Shown: positions 40,890 to 54,745 of the stretch, piece by piece
Position numbering within the stretch: the stretch's first letter is position 1
Layout: each line of letters opens with the position of its first letter
Assembly (NCBI GenBank): GCA_051294375.1
Contig: CM119266.1
Span: 13,394,735 to 13,458,734 of the forward strand
Reading direction: 5' to 3'
DNA: 64,000 bases
DNA from: Paraspadella gotoi
Lineage: Eukaryota > Animalia > Chaetognatha
The notes under the pieces: model-generated
Database searches by the model: none
Seen by the model: only the letters and a program-made list of their open reading frames with translations
What the model was told of the DNA's origin: nothing
Position numbers and translations under genes: made by a program

Positions 40890-43800
40890 TTAGACTAGGG
40901 TGGAGAGTTCGCTAGGGGTCTTCGACAGAAGGCTCTTCGATTTCCCGACGTCGCTGATCAGAGACTCGGACGCGTTGAAGAATTGTTGGTAGCGAAGGTT
41001 ATAAGACGCCTCCGCCTCCGCATCGTCCTCCTCTGCACCGCCACCGCCTCCGTTCCCACCGCCGCTACCGCCGCCGATCTCCTCCCTCTTTTTCCCGCCG
41101 CCCCGCCGCCAAATCCTGACCAAGTGACAGACGACGCCCAGAGAGACGACGAAGGCGACGACGACGACGGCGGCAACGATGACGGCGATGAGCGATCGAT
41201 ACTCGAGCACGACGTGGACGACGACGGCGAGCATAAGGATGGGCACGGCCAGCAGGAAGCTGGAGGTAGCGAAAAAGCGCAGCGTGGACGAGGCGCGACG
41301 GAATCGGCGCGCGGCGTCGTAGCGCCGTGACGCGCCCATCAACGAGGACGACAGCAGCAGCGTAGCGCCGTGGACGAAGAAGGAGAAGCAAGAGAGCGCC
41401 GTCATGAAGGAGACGACGGCCGAATTGGCGGCTTTGAGGTTGCGATAAAGGTCGCCTTGGAGCAGCTTGTCGACGGGATCCGAAGGGGCGACGGTGACGT
41501 CGACGGGCTGCTGCGAATCCCGGCGTCCCTCGACGAAGAGGAGAGTGACGCCGACGCCGAGAGCGAGGAAGGAAAGGAGCGTCAAAACGGCGGACATAAG
41601 GGCGTCGCGAAGAAGGGGGCCTACGCGTGTCGCCGCGCGGGACAGCGGCGTACGAGAGGAAAGAGCCGAGATGCCCGAAGCCAAAGAGGAAGGTCCACGG
41701 GCGCCGGCGCCGAGGGTAGGATACGGCGCGGCGTTGCGTCGCTCAAAAGGCGGATCGATCGAGTTCAAAACTGGATGTCGTTTCTCGCGTCGATATTTGG
41801 CGTCACCGCCATCGGCGTCTCGTTTCGCCGCCGGCGTCGCCTCCGAGATTCCGGCGGCGGCAGCGGCGGCGTCTTCAGCGGAGCCGGTTTCCGCGTCGAC
41901 TTCCCGCGGCGCCCTGACGAAAGTCGTCGTCGTGGGCGTGGAGGCGATGGGAGAGAGAAGAGGAAAGGCGGAGGCGCTAAGGCGTTTGCCGACGCCTGGG
42001 GTGAAGGAGACGGCAGATGGCGTGCTATCAATGGCGGAAGGAGTGCTCGGCGCCGCGGAGGGCGTGCGAGCCGGCGCCGCGGAACTGGCGACGGGCGTGT
42101 CCGGCGCAGAAGGGTGAGAGTCAACTAGCGACGCCCTCAGTCGCGCCAGAGTGCCCTCTATCGGTTGCAGCACAAAGTTTTGACCGTTGATCTTGAGCAC
42201 TTGGGCACCGGGAGGGTTTCCGTGCGAGAGCAGCGCGCATCGGGCCGCGGCAGCCTCGGCGGCGGCGGCAGCGTCGGCGACGGACGGTGCAGCGGCTGCT
42301 TCTGTCGCCGCGACTGGCTCCTCGTTCGCGGATCTCGTCGGCACTAATTCTATCCGGGTCGGCGGCGTCGTTCGTAGGTATCCTTCCTTCCGGCGCTGCA
42401 TACGATCCAGACGTTGTTGCTGCAGCTGGTTTTCCAGCCGAGCCTGTTGCAGCTTTTGATTAAGCTCCTCCTTTGTCGGCTGCGGCGGCGGCGGCTGCGT
42501 CGTTTGGGGTTGAAGTTGCGTACGCCGCTGCTGCGGGGGCAGGCGAGGAGGCGGTTGTTCGGACTGCGATTGCTGCAATTGCTGCGGAAGTTGCTGTTGC
42601 AGAGGCCGTTGCGGGACTCGTTGCTGCGCCGGCAGGTAGATCGTTTTTCCCTCGAAATTCGCCTTCAAATCGTCGCCGCTTCGAACGGGCGTCGCGTGCG
42701 CCACAGAGTAACGCTGACCCAGGGAATCCTGCGGCGAACCGAAGATCTGGGCGGGAAAGGAGCGAAGACCCGTCATGTCTTGAAGCTTGAACGACTGGTA
42801 AGGATCCTGGTCCTGAAGCTGTTGTTGTTGTAGATATTGTTGATTCTCTTGCTGACGTCTTTCTGGAATTGTTTGTTGTTCCTGTTGCAGAGGATGCTGC
42901 TCCACGGATTGACGCGACGGGCCTTTTTGAGCGTAAATCGGTTGTTCTTGATGGACTTGTGCCGCTTCAAGTAACTGTTCTTCTCGAAATTGTTGTTGAT
43001 ATTGTTGTTGTTGTTGTTGTAATTGCTCCCGCCGATCTCTCTCCGCTCCAGCGTTGATTGGACGAACGTGAACGGAGGTCTGGCACATTCCAGTATAGCG
43101 CGCCGAGTCCGAGGGCGGCGCCGCGATGGAAGCGGGCCGAGCCGCGTGAACGGCAACGGTGGCGCTAACAATCCCGGCGCTCGTCGCCGGAAGTCCGCGG
43201 CTAGAGAATCCGTTCAAGTGTGCGTAGTCGTGAGAAGGGTGGAATCGTACTACCGGCGCCGAGACGGTCGAAGCGGCGTCAACGTCTTCGTCGCCGCCAG
43301 AGACGGCGTCGTGATGGCGCCCTACGACGAGAATAGGACGCAGCGGAGCCGGAGCGGTGGAAACGACGGCGGCGGAACCTGCTGGGGCGGCGGCGGCGGC
43401 GGCGGCGGCGGGGTGAGGCGGTCGAGGCGGCGGAGTTTCGTCGACGGAGTCTTGATAAACAGAATTCTCCAACGGATGCCCGCCGAGAGGTTGCGGTCTG
43501 ATCCTATCGACAGCTTGGTAGACGGGCTGTTGTTGTGGTAGCTGCTGGGGCGATCGATATTGGTAGGGAGACTCTTGTATCTGTTGCGGCTGGGACTGTT
43601 GTTGTAGTAGTTGTTGTTGTTGGAGAATTTGCTGTGAATGTAAAGGTTGAACGAAATCTTGCTGTTGCGATTGCTGTTGGTAGTGCTGTTGCGGTTGATA
43701 GGCTTGAGCCGCTTCTTGAATCCGCTGCTGGTATTGCGATTGCGAGTGAATTTGATGCTGTTGTTGGTAAGGTTGGTTTTGTTCTCGTTGAATCGTCTGC

Positions 43801-44617
43801 GTTGGTTGTTGCTTGATTTTTATTTGTCTGTTTTTGAGCACCGGTTTTGGCAAAGTCGGCGGCCCGACGCGTTTCTTCTCTCCGTTCGATTCTCCGTCGA
43901 TCGAACCTCGACACGATGGAAGAGGATCAGGAAGAGGAAGAGGAGGAGGCGGTCGTTGTCTGCTCTTCTGTTTTTTCGGTTCCTTATCTTCGGTCGAGCC
44001 ACCCGCGGCGGCGACCGCAGCGCCCGCCGCGGCCGACGCTGCGTCAGCCGCCTCTTGGTCCATCTCCTCTTTATTTCTGGCAGGTGGGGACAACGAAGAC
44101 GATGAGGAAGACGACGACGACGATATCGACGACGATTGTCTCTCTCCGCCGAGAGACTCTTGCCTCGAATCGGCCGGCCTCTCTGCGCCGCGGGAAGCGT
44201 CCGAGGACGCGGCTGATTCGTCCACCGCCCCCTCCCCCTCCACCGCCGCGGGGAGGCGCGCGTCATTGACGGTGGCGGGAACGGCGGGCGGGCGGGTCCC
44301 GTTTACCGCCGGTGGGTAAAGTCCGTTGGTTCGTCGATTCGTCGTCGTTGAATCGGGAAGGGAAGAAGGGTCATCTTCTCCCCCTTCTCCCAACCCTTCG
44401 TCCACGTCTTCGTCTTCCTCGATGATCACCCCTGACGCCCTCTCCGTCTTGGAGGAACCCGCCTCGGCGAGCGACTTGGCCGCCGACGCCGCCGACGCCG
44501 CCAGCGCCTCGAACTCGCCCACCGGAAAGTGCGTTGGGGTGGGGGTTATGGCGAGGAGGAGCCCGTCGCCGAGGCGGAGGTGGCCCACGGGGTGGAAGGG
44601 GGACCGGGGGTCTGGAG
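40890..44617 (-). CDS. Jiraiya/TMEM221-family four-TM membrane protein with a very long Gln/Pro/Ala-rich N-terminal region (terminal exon; start exon not identified)
   Basis: Uninterrupted ORF of about 1240 codons after the acceptor ccccttttccgcag at 44618 (phase 1). The C-terminal ~240 aa has four hydrophobic segments with the pattern RF...S..LRFFA..SF....P.....V..H..L.Y.....A......V..H....W and ends ELSTLV*, the STLV terminus typical of TMEM221/Jiraiya. Confidence 0.75.
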
Positions 44618-44968
44618 CTGCGGAAAAGGGGGAGGAGGGGGAGAGAGAGAGAAAGAGAGAGAGAGAAGGAGAGAGAGAGAGATGCGAGAACAAAAGGCAC
44701 ATTAGTAATTTAGTATCGATTCCTAATACTAAAAACATTTTTTAGGATAAAAGAAAAAGAATAGAGGAAACAAAAGATATGAAAAATGAAGCCGAATCCT
44801 AATTCTTCTTCCGAGAATCTTTTTTTTCTTATTAAGTCTTTAAACATCAGTTTTTCTCCTCAATATCTTTCTTCTTTTTTTTTTCTTTTTCTTCCCTTTC
44901 AGCCAATTTTTTATATTTTGGTAATCCATATTGTCTCGCCGATTTTTCGCTCTCTCCTCTCTCTTCTC

Positions 44969-45040
<72 letters not shown>

Positions 45041-45467
45041 CTTCTCTCGTTTTCCCTTTCGACGACAGACGAAGATGTATAATCCATTTCATTTCGACTT
45101 AACATCTTTCATCTTTTTTTCCCTCCACTCTAAGTCTCTCGCTCTCTCCTCTCGCCAAGACCAGTTTCCTATAGAATCACGTCGCAGATTCTCTCATCAC
45201 TCGCCTCTCAGTTTCTCTCTCGCTTCTCCTCTCTCGTCCTCCTCGCTTCGTCCTCTCTTCTCTCCTCTCTCTCCATCCTCTCTCTCTCTCTCTCTCCTCT
45301 GTCTCTCTCGAGAGCATTCCACGTTAATTGCGATTCCAACTTCTCTCTGTTGTACTTTCTTTCTCTTACTCTTTACGGGGTTTTTTTTTCTCAGAGAAAT
45401 GAGAGAAAAAACGTGGTGTTCCGTTTCAGTCATACGTTCGAGACGTTCGACAAACAGTTTCTGAACA

Positions 45468-45530
<63 letters not shown>

Positions 45531-46183
45531 CTATTCCCCTACCCCTACTCCTACCTCTCGTCCTCAATTTTCTTTCTTTTTATTATCCACTCATTTATTT
45601 CCATTATTCCTTCTTTCTCTTTTATCTTTCTTAATACTTTCTACGATAAAAATTTCGATATCTAACATCGGAGGTATAAAAAAAATGTTAGGAAATTCTC
45701 AGATAACAAAAATTAGAAGAGTTTCAAAAAAACAATATTAAACAAAAGGTAAAAAAAAATTTAATGCAGAAATAATCTACATACTAAAGACTGCAGAAAG
45801 AGTTTTCATAATTTTCAGAAAAATCTTTAGGGAAGCAGATTCATCCGCTGGCCGGAGGCAGGACTTCTACACTCTCGAGGCGTTACTTCTCATCACACTA
45901 ACCATGCCTCACTCAATAACACTACAATTATCCCGACTAGATACTCCATCACTATCTCCACCCTCCATCCCAACGTAGTCGGTAGTTTCCCCTCTCCCCT
46001 TCTCGGGTCGTCGTCCCCACACTTCCTTCCTCTTGTCCGAGCGTCGTTCGACAGCTTCGAATGGGCGGTGCTCTGGAACGAACGCGGGTATTGGTAGAAT
46101 TCCATCCAACAATCTCTCTCTCTCTCTCCTTCTCTCTCTCTCTCTCTCCCTTCTCTCCTCTCTCTCTCCGTCTCTCTCCTCTA

Positions 46184-46216
<33 letters not shown>

Positions 46217-47217
46217 ACTACATTCTCTCTTCTCTCTCTCTCTCTCCCGAGGATTGGTTTTGGCTGTCCGTCGACGAGATTTTAATCTTTCCTCTCGTGT
46301 TTGTTTCTCTTTTGTTTTTCTTCTGCTTTTCTTTTGTCTTTTTCGTTCGTTTTAGATCCGAGTTCCTAATCCTGGATGTTGTTTTCAGGATTAAGTTTGT
46401 TTTTGGTTGTTAAGATTGTGAAAGTTATCTTCTTTTAATCGTGCTGCTTCCCATATTTGTCACACGTCATCGGTTTAATTATATATCTGCAAAACGAAAA
46501 AAATACAACAAAATGAATCAAATGATAAGAGAATTTAATAAAATCGAAACGCATTGTTTGCCAGGATATCAACCTTGGCCAATTCTATTCTAGGAATCCC
46601 GATCGGTTATCATTGTCATATCAATAAAAACTCTTGTCTCGATGTCACTAACGAATTCCCGTTTATGACGACGATAAAAACCAAAGGAGCGACGCGGATC
46701 CTGGCGGCGTCTTCCAATCATCTGCGACCAGAGCGAAGCCTTTAAAATGGCGGCAAAACATTGCCGTTCGAATTGATATTTTTACGGGCGAAAAAGCGTC
46801 GAGGTGAGGTTTATTTTTTTGGTCGGTCAGTCGTCGTAGGTCTGTAGTCGGGAATTGCCTAGGTTTTACCCGCCTATAAGCATTAAAGGTTCAGTTGTGT
46901 CTCGGTGGCTCATTGAGTAAAGCCATCAGCTCATGACCACTAGATACCCAAACCGACCAAACCGACATTCGAAATGAAATTGCCCTCTTTTCGGTTTTTT
47001 TTTATTTTTAAAACGAGCCCATTAAATAAAACTAGTTAAATAGAAATGATAGCGACACATCAACGCGTTTTATCTCCCTTTCGATTACTATTTAAATGTG
47101 TAGTCTCGGGCTATAAAACTTTATTTCATCCAATCTCCATTACTGTCGGTTCAGACAAAGACGCTCGTCTCCAGCCATGTTGTCTCCATTGCTTAACATC
47201 ATATTTCAATCTACTTT

Positions 47218-47260
<43 letters not shown>

Positions 47261-47745
47261 CCTCTTCTTAGTATTTTTTTCATCGGCTTCATATATCTCC
47301 GAATTCCTTTTCCTAACGCTTCCTCAGTCTCTTTTCCATTTCCAACGTCTTTGTTTTAATCCCCAACTCTTTCCATCGTCTCCCTCTCCATCGTCTCCCT
47401 CTCCATCTTCTCCCTTTGTTTCCATCGTCTGCGACTGAGTTCATTCGTCGAGATTCGTCTTCGTCGAAAAGACGCGAGTGAAAAATCGACGCCGACGACG
47501 AAAACCGCAAAAAGAGGATCTAAAAAATCGGAGAGAGAATAAAAAAAGAGAAGTGGAGATAGAGAATAGAGAAGGGTAAAGAAAAAAATAGAGAGATTAG
47601 GAGTAGAAAAAAGAAAAGTAACAAAATCAAGAAAAAAGAGAGATGGAGAATAAGAAAAAGACAGAGAGAAAATGTAAAAGTAAACAATCAAAGGTTAAAA
47701 GTATAAAAAAAATAAGTTGATTACAAAAAAAAGAAGAAGAAAGGA

Positions 47746-47820
47746 AAGAAGAGAAGAGAAGAGAAGAGAAGAGAAGAGAAGAGAAGAGAAGAGAAGAGAA
47801 GAGAAGAGAAGAGAAAAGAA
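47746..47820. repeat. (AGAAG)n microsatellite
   Basis: About 14 units. Confidence 0.95.
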
Positions 47821-48362
47821 AAAACTTTTTAAAAAACCAACTGGTGCTTATCCATTACAAAACATCACATTGAAAAACATATGGCGATGAAATAACAACA
47901 TAAAAATTAATCTCGGGCTCAAGAGAGAAATAGAAAAAAAGAGGAGAGAAATAAAGTGGATAAAAAAGTGAAATAAAAAGAAAAAAGGAAATAAAAAGAG
48001 GGATAAAAAAAAAGGGAAAACTAAGAAGCTTCGACTCGATTCCGAATGGAACGGAAAAAAATCCGTTTCCTGTCTTTAAGTCTCGTTGTCCCCCCCAGAC
48101 CCTATTTTGCCACCAAGGCCCCCTCCAGGCCCAACTTTCCCCACCCCCTCCCTCCCCAAAGCCCCCCCACCTTTCGGCTCCTCCTGCCGATTCGCACCCA
48201 GCCTTACTTTTCCTCACCTTTCTCTCGTACTTCCACCTCCTCTTCTTTTATCTCCCTCCCCCTCCCGCCCCCGTCTCTCTCTTAATCCGCTCGTTTCTAC
48301 TGTTCCATCGCTCCTTTTTTTCTTTACCCTTTTTTAAAACTGATTCTCTCTCTTCTTTGTCC

Positions 48363-48643
48363 TTTTTTTAGTTGCGCCGCTAGTAATCGCGGAGCAACTC
48401 TATAAGTCACTTTTTGGTCGGTCGGTCCGTCGGTATGTTTGTCCGTCGGTCTGTCCCATTTAAGTTAAAAATGCTCATAACTTGCATATAGTTGGTTGAT
48501 CATTTGTTAAGACAGGAAAAAACCTCAAATCTATGGGACTGCTAGTCATGTCATGTAATGTCATGTTATTTCATGTCAAAAGAAGCAAACGTGATAAGGC
48601 AGTTACTGCGGCGCAACACATTTGAATCACCGTTCTTGTTTTT
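48363..48643 (+). mobile_element. Helentron-associated interspersed element (HINE/DINE-1-like), copy 2
   Basis: TTTTTTTAG-gttgcgccgc...gcggagcaac 5' inverted repeat, (GGTC)n tract, core shared with 26591-26914, 3' subTIR gcggcgcaac, ends cttgttttt. Confidence 0.75.
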
Positions 48644-48968
48644 CTCTTTTTTTATTTTTTTCCTTTCATCCCTTCTTTTTTTTACAAAAACCACTCCCTT
48701 TTATTTATTTTTTTTATTTAGATCTGAATCTGGATTCGAGGAAATCCCTTTTCAAAAATTCTTTTTTTGTCTCCGTCTCTCGAGGCTGAAGGTGTTTTAC
48801 TTTTAGCCGCAGGTTAGGGATGAAATATAGGGATGTAAATAAAGTGAAAGTATGAAAAAAGACGCATACATTCAATATGGAAATGAAAGGGAAAAGGGAA
48901 AAAATGAGAATGAAAAATGGAAAGAACAACTGAAAGAAAGAAGGAATAATAAAAAAAAAGGGAAAAAA

Positions 48969-49060
<92 letters not shown>

Positions 49061-49326
49061 AATGTGGTGGTATATCCACAGTTCCACACCACCTCACGTC
49101 CACGTTCGTTCAGCCAATACAATTGCCTCAGAGGGGGAACACACTATCCCAGGCGTAGTGTTCCATCCACTGTCCTAACGACTTCCCTCTGCGTTGGCAA
49201 AGCGAGACCGTCCTAGGGTAGCCGCGCCAGTGACTAGAGGCGTCTCTGAGGGTCGGAAGCCACCAAAGCCAACAGTGAGATGCCCCATCCCAATGGGCAT
49301 CACATGCAACCCGACTGTTGCCATAG
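49061..49326. repeat. Dispersed ~260-nt structured repeat, copy B, inserted in a (GAAA)n array
   Basis: Homologous to 9306-9555; (GAAA)n continues on both sides (48971-49060 and from 49327). Confidence 0.85.
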
Positions 49327-50516
49327 AAAGAAAGAAAGAACGAAAGAAAGAAAGAAAAAAATAAAGAGAGACAGGAAAATAATAAATAAAAAATTCAATA
49401 AGTTAAATAAATAGATAAATTATAGACTAACTAATTAATTAAATAAAGACAAAACGAAAGAAAAAAACAGATTAAAAAATAACGTACAATAAAATAATAA
49501 GTATAGCTAGAGAAATTTATTCGGGGGGAAAAACAAATCAGCGCCAACGAGCAATGAGATTAGTTCCAAAATGACGGAATCGAAAATTAAATGACGGGGA
49601 AAATAATCGAACGGATGTTTCGAGACTAATTAGTTGACATTCGCGATCGAAAAAGAGTTCGATTATCGTCCGATTCTCATCCAATTTTCATCAGATTCTC
49701 ATCCAAATCTCATCCAATTAATCAATACGGAAAACGAAGTCATGAAAAAAAAATCAGACGAGAAAAAAAATCGAAACGTAAATTTTTTTTTGTTTTTTGG
49801 TCTCCTTTGGTCTCGAAGATTCGATCGCCAAAGATGAGCCCGAGGTAAGGTGCACGAGGGACGTTGGAGGGGGGGCGGCGGGGAAAGCGAGCGAATGAGC
49901 AGGAGGGGGAAGAGGAAGAGGAGGAAGAGGCGGATTCCGACATGAAACGGGCCGAATCTTCGAGGATGAGTCAAGATTTTCGGCGGACGTCATCAATGGC
50001 CTCAGATTCTGCAGAATTGCGAGTCCTTGCCGACCAATGCCCGGAGGCAACGAAGGCCGGCCGATCGCGATCGTGGATCGGCTCCTGAGTTCGACGGCGC
50101 GACCGGCCGGGCTCGGGGCCGCCCGGAAGGGGCACGCTTAAAACAGGGTGGAAGCTGCAAGGATGAGCTGAATAAAGGGAGGCAGTGGAGACAATGGCAA
50201 CAGCTTCCGAGCTGCGGGAGGCTGATGGAAAAGGCAGCCTTCGATTTCGTTGACGGAAGTAAAATGAGTCTTTTTTTTATCTCTCTGCGTGTTTCTTTTT
50301 TTTTCTTTTTTTTATAAAAAATTTTCATGAATGAAATCGTCTCCTTTTAAAGGGAGGTTTGTTTAGCTTTCAACTGACCATTATTTATTAATAGTACCAA
50401 TGTACAAAGAGTAAATATATCTAAAGATCATGCACGGTTGTTTTTTCATGGATTTATTACAAATGCCCAAGATGACCCAATATGTGCGAAAACAAGGGAA
50501 ATGCAAATAATTTTAA

Positions 50517-50630
50517 CCTTTTGAGGATGACGCACAGGCATCTTTCCTACTTAAAAAAGGGTCTTATGACCTTTTGACCTTTTGACCTTATGACCTTTTG
50601 AGGATGACGCACAGGCATATTTCCTACTTA
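50517..50630. repeat. Short direct repeat with TGACCT-rich spacer
   Basis: ccttttgaggatgacgcacaggcat.tttcctactta occurs twice, separated by (tgaccttt)n. Confidence 0.7.
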
Positions 50631-51374
50631 GAAAAGATTTTTATGACCAGGTTTTTATACCCATTCGATACATGGCAGGATATAGTTGACAAATCGTCAG
50701 ACGGTGACACGAACGGTTACACGAACTTTTACCAAGACGCCTTCCCCCGACGCTTCCTTCGCGCGATGAGCATAAAAACTAAAGAGTCGATTCGAAGAAC
50801 ATCAATCATGATTCTCTCGATCACCATCAATTCCAGGGGAAAAGAGGCCGATACGGTTAAACGGCGAGTAATTTGAGCGAGAGAGAGAGCTAATATCTGA
50901 TTTATGCGTCGCGAGTCTCTTTTCGCCTTTGAACTGAGGTCGTTGACTTCACTTTCCACCGATTACCCTGTCTCGTTTTTCTTCCTTAACTCGGTGAAAA
51001 CCTGTAACACGGTTTTTTTTTTTCATCTTCCCGCGCCTTATCGTCGAAACGAGGCTAAGTCATCCTTCGTTACGACGCTCACCCACGAGGTTTATTGACT
51101 GAGGTTTGCTTCCCCAGTTTTTTACGCCAAAACGAAAAACAAAAGTTCCCTTTTCTGTCTCATTTTACCATAGAAGTAGAACTTGTTATATTTTCGTCTC
51201 CTATATAATATAGTGTCTGAGTAATGGTATCTGTAGAGTGTAGATATAGTACATAAATAATTACTTATACTAATGATATATACTTTAATTCTTGATTCTT
51301 TAAATAGATAAAAAAAAATACTACCCATCCAGCTTGCCAAAAAAAAAAACTCTTTCGCCGTCGGAGAAGGCTTT

Positions 51375-51405
<31 letters not shown>

Positions 51406-52006
51406 CAGTTAATTAGGAGAGGATCGAGTAGGAATCGCGACCAAACAGATTCAAGGTTTACAAAGTGAACGAATATCATCGAGGTCAACAGTAAACCGAT
51501 CTACCCAGTCCAGTCTCCCCCCCCCCACGCCCCCTTTCCTCCGCCCTTCCTCATTTTTTCCCCAAATTTCGGCAGAAATCTATTCTAACGAGAAAAAAAA
51601 ATTCTTTTGTTTATCTCCTCAAGAGACGAGACCATCATCACTCATCTGGTCGCAAAGGAAAAAAAGTGAGATTTTCGATATTCCCGAGGCGGGTCATAAA
51701 TACAGCAAGTCTCGGGTTTTTTTGTTTTTTTTTTAATTGGATAATTTATACGTGAAATCATCTGATAAATTGATAATAAATGTATCGATACTGAAAGATA
51801 TTGGAACTATTGCTAATTGCTAAATTTATTTAAATCACTGCGAAGTTGGGGTCAGCGTACATGATATATGAATAGTAAATGATTATTATCAGCGAGGTCG
51901 TGAGATATATACTAATTCCACATAACAAAAAAAAAACCAATTCGCTCAGTCTGGGTTCCTCGTCCTCACGGAGGTCGAACGGTTCGGACCGGTCGGCCTT
52001 ACTTAC

Positions 52007-52201
52007 CCGACCTCCGGGAAAGTTCGGGTCGATCGAGGTCAAAGACGAAGGCCTCACCGGGTGGCGTCGAGTGAGTGAATCGTTCACGAAGAGCTTGTCC
52101 CTTTGTCCGTCCGTCGATCCATCATGAGATTGAAATCGTTGATGGGTTCGTCGTTCCATTGATGGATCGAACCAATTATCCGGTTTTGCCCGATTGACCA
52201 T
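52007..52201 (-). CDS. Candidate orphan exon (unassigned)
   Basis: One open frame, MVNRAKPDNWFDPSMERR...NFPGGR, ending at a perfect donor CGG|GTAAGT; no recognisable homology. Confidence 0.25.
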
Positions 52202-52574
52202 CAATCTTTATCATCAATAAATTAATAGCTGCATTCACTCGTCCATTTCGCTCTTAACCTAAAGATAGTCCGACAATCATTCTCCATATCTAATTCTTTT
52301 TCTTCTAAGTTTGATCGTAAAATGATAACAACAACAACAGTTTTTCCCCGCCAATCTTTATCACATCAACTCTTCTCTCCATTTATTCCAATATTCTTCG
52401 AGGCTTCCGCCACTTCATTCTTTTCTTTGCCGCGTCGATCCCAACCCTTGAGATCCGTCTGCCCGTCAATCCGTCTCCCTTCCGCATATTAATGAGACTC
52501 GCCAGAACTCGTCAACGGACCAAGCTCGTTCGAATAACAATGTACGCGCGGGCCGGCTGCATAATCGTCCAGCG

Positions 52575-52584
<10 letters not shown>

Positions 52585-52652
<68 letters not shown>

Positions 52653-53359
52653 ATGGCGAAGTTTACATCGGATCGGAAAAAAAATTTATGAATAATTAAT
52701 AAGAGATAAATAGTTTAATGAAAGACCGGTCGATTAATTTTCATTTTGCGCGCCGATCGCCGGCTCGAGATCGTTTTTCAAAATGGCGCGAACACTTGAC
52801 TATTGGCATCTAAAGGATCTCCCTATTTTTCCCCTTTTTTTTGGCCTCTTAGTAAATTTGACCTACGAATGCCAGATTTACATAATGAAAGCCTTTTTTT
52901 TAATTAGATTTAAAATAAAAACAGTATTGGAATATAAGTGCGAGAGCTGCTCATGTACTCAAAATGTTAACTTTTTCTCAGAAACAAAGGGAGAAAGCGA
53001 AGTCAAAGTAATGCTGCAATAAATCGTCACGAGTGAGTAAGCGTCGTTGATACAATTCTATTCCAATCGTTCCCCCAACAACAACGAAACAACAACAAAG
53101 TCAGGAATGTCAGCGATGCCTCTTTCGGGCTTTCTTTCGGATGTAAATCCAAAAGAAATTCAACGACGACGACGACGACGAAGATGACGACGACGACTAC
53201 GACGACAACTAAATCAAGGATTCGGCGACGATGATAATAAAAGATGATGACATCGACGAATACAAAGACAACGGCCAAGTTAATGACAAAAAACAATGCG
53301 ACGACTATTTTCATTCGAAACGACCATGAGCAGACCGACGACGAGAACACAAAAGAGAT

Positions 53360-53434
<75 letters not shown>

Positions 53435-54678
53435 ACTCTCTCTCTCTCTCTGAGACGAAATCATGGACTCAGTATTCTGCGTTTATCTGCATTGAGGCAG
53501 GAAACCTTCGTGTCGAAAGGAAGGAGTTCGGAGGAAATGGCGGATTTTGATGGGTTGAGGGGAAGGGTGGGGCTGGGGGGGGAGAAGAGAAAGAGGGAGA
53601 GGAAGGGGGAGAGAAGGGGGGAGAGGAGGGGGAGAGAGGAGGAAGTCCAAATAAAGCGCACTAAATGTTGACTCTTCGAGTGTGGTCGTTTAGCTGAAGA
53701 TTCACTCATCTACGCAAGTGAGTGAGGGTGAGTTTTGTGATCGAGAACTTCCCTCTGGTGACCGTGGAGTGGATTTTTTGTCGGAAGAGACGAACGATTA
53801 AGGACTTAGATTTGAAGAGAGGAGCTTCGAGATTTTTATTTCATCCACGAAGAGACAAGAAGCTCTGTAAGGACCGTTCGAGCGTTGAGGGAAAATCGTT
53901 GAGAAACCCAAAATACAAAGATATCGGGTTTGAATGAGAAAGAATTCGGAAGTCAACAAACGGAAATGAGGAAGGCAATTTTCGAGACGGAAAATAAAAG
54001 CAAAGTGGGCATAATCGATGAGAGACGGGATTTTATTGCTGATATCTGCATTATTCAATGCAAAATCTGAGAAAGAGGACAATGAACCAGAAACTAGGAA
54101 ACCTGGTGAATCGGGAGGCAATAAACATCGTAAAATACCACGACTTCGTTTATATAATAATCACAAAAATGACCCGAGATCCGTTTGGAATCGGATTGAT
54201 TATTATCGATTAAAAAAATAAATACCTAGATTATAATCGACAAATCCGTAATGATCCAACAAGTTCCGATTACTAAGATTTCTCGATCCAACAGGTTTTA
54301 ATCCACTTTGATTCCGACCGCAAAGAATACTGGGGTCTGAGATCTACTAATCGTGCGGCCGCAACCGAGAGCGACTCTGTTTCGCAAACTCGTTGCGACT
54401 TTTTAGAATTCAGTTGATGTTGTTGCGTCTCGAGGCTCATATTGCGGTGGGAAAAAGAAAAAAGAGGATGGAGGAAAAGAGGAGGAGTAGAAAGGAGAGA
54501 GGGCAGGGAAGGATGGCACCGAGAGAAGGGTCGTTACAACGAAAATACAACGAGAATTACAACCGAAAGAAAAAAAAAATCAGCGCCGCTCGACTCTTGA
54601 GAGAGAAGAGAGAAAAAAAGAAAGTGATACGAAGAGTCGCTGGGGTCAGGAACCAAGGTCAAAGCACCTCGCGTGTCG

Positions 54679-54745
<67 letters not shown>

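Noticed and set aside
35436-44745. Many overlapping alternative-frame and antisense ORFs over ush and the TMEM221-like exon
   Set aside because: Expected shadows of GC-rich coding DNA with no independent motifs.
49100-49192. RNase P RNA or HDV-like ribozyme within the dispersed element (minus-strand GGGAAGUC; nested pseudoknot order)
   Set aside because: No matching CR-V strand for RNase P and no P3/L3 (UYCHCG) motif for an HDV fold.
52783-53022. 79-aa ORF conserved at 58994-59233
   Set aside because: Identity reflects the probable allelic duplication; AT-rich with no recognisable motifs.
53694-53730. CUGAAGA plus hairpin as a hammerhead
   Set aside because: No GAAA after the stem and no stem III or cleavage triplet.
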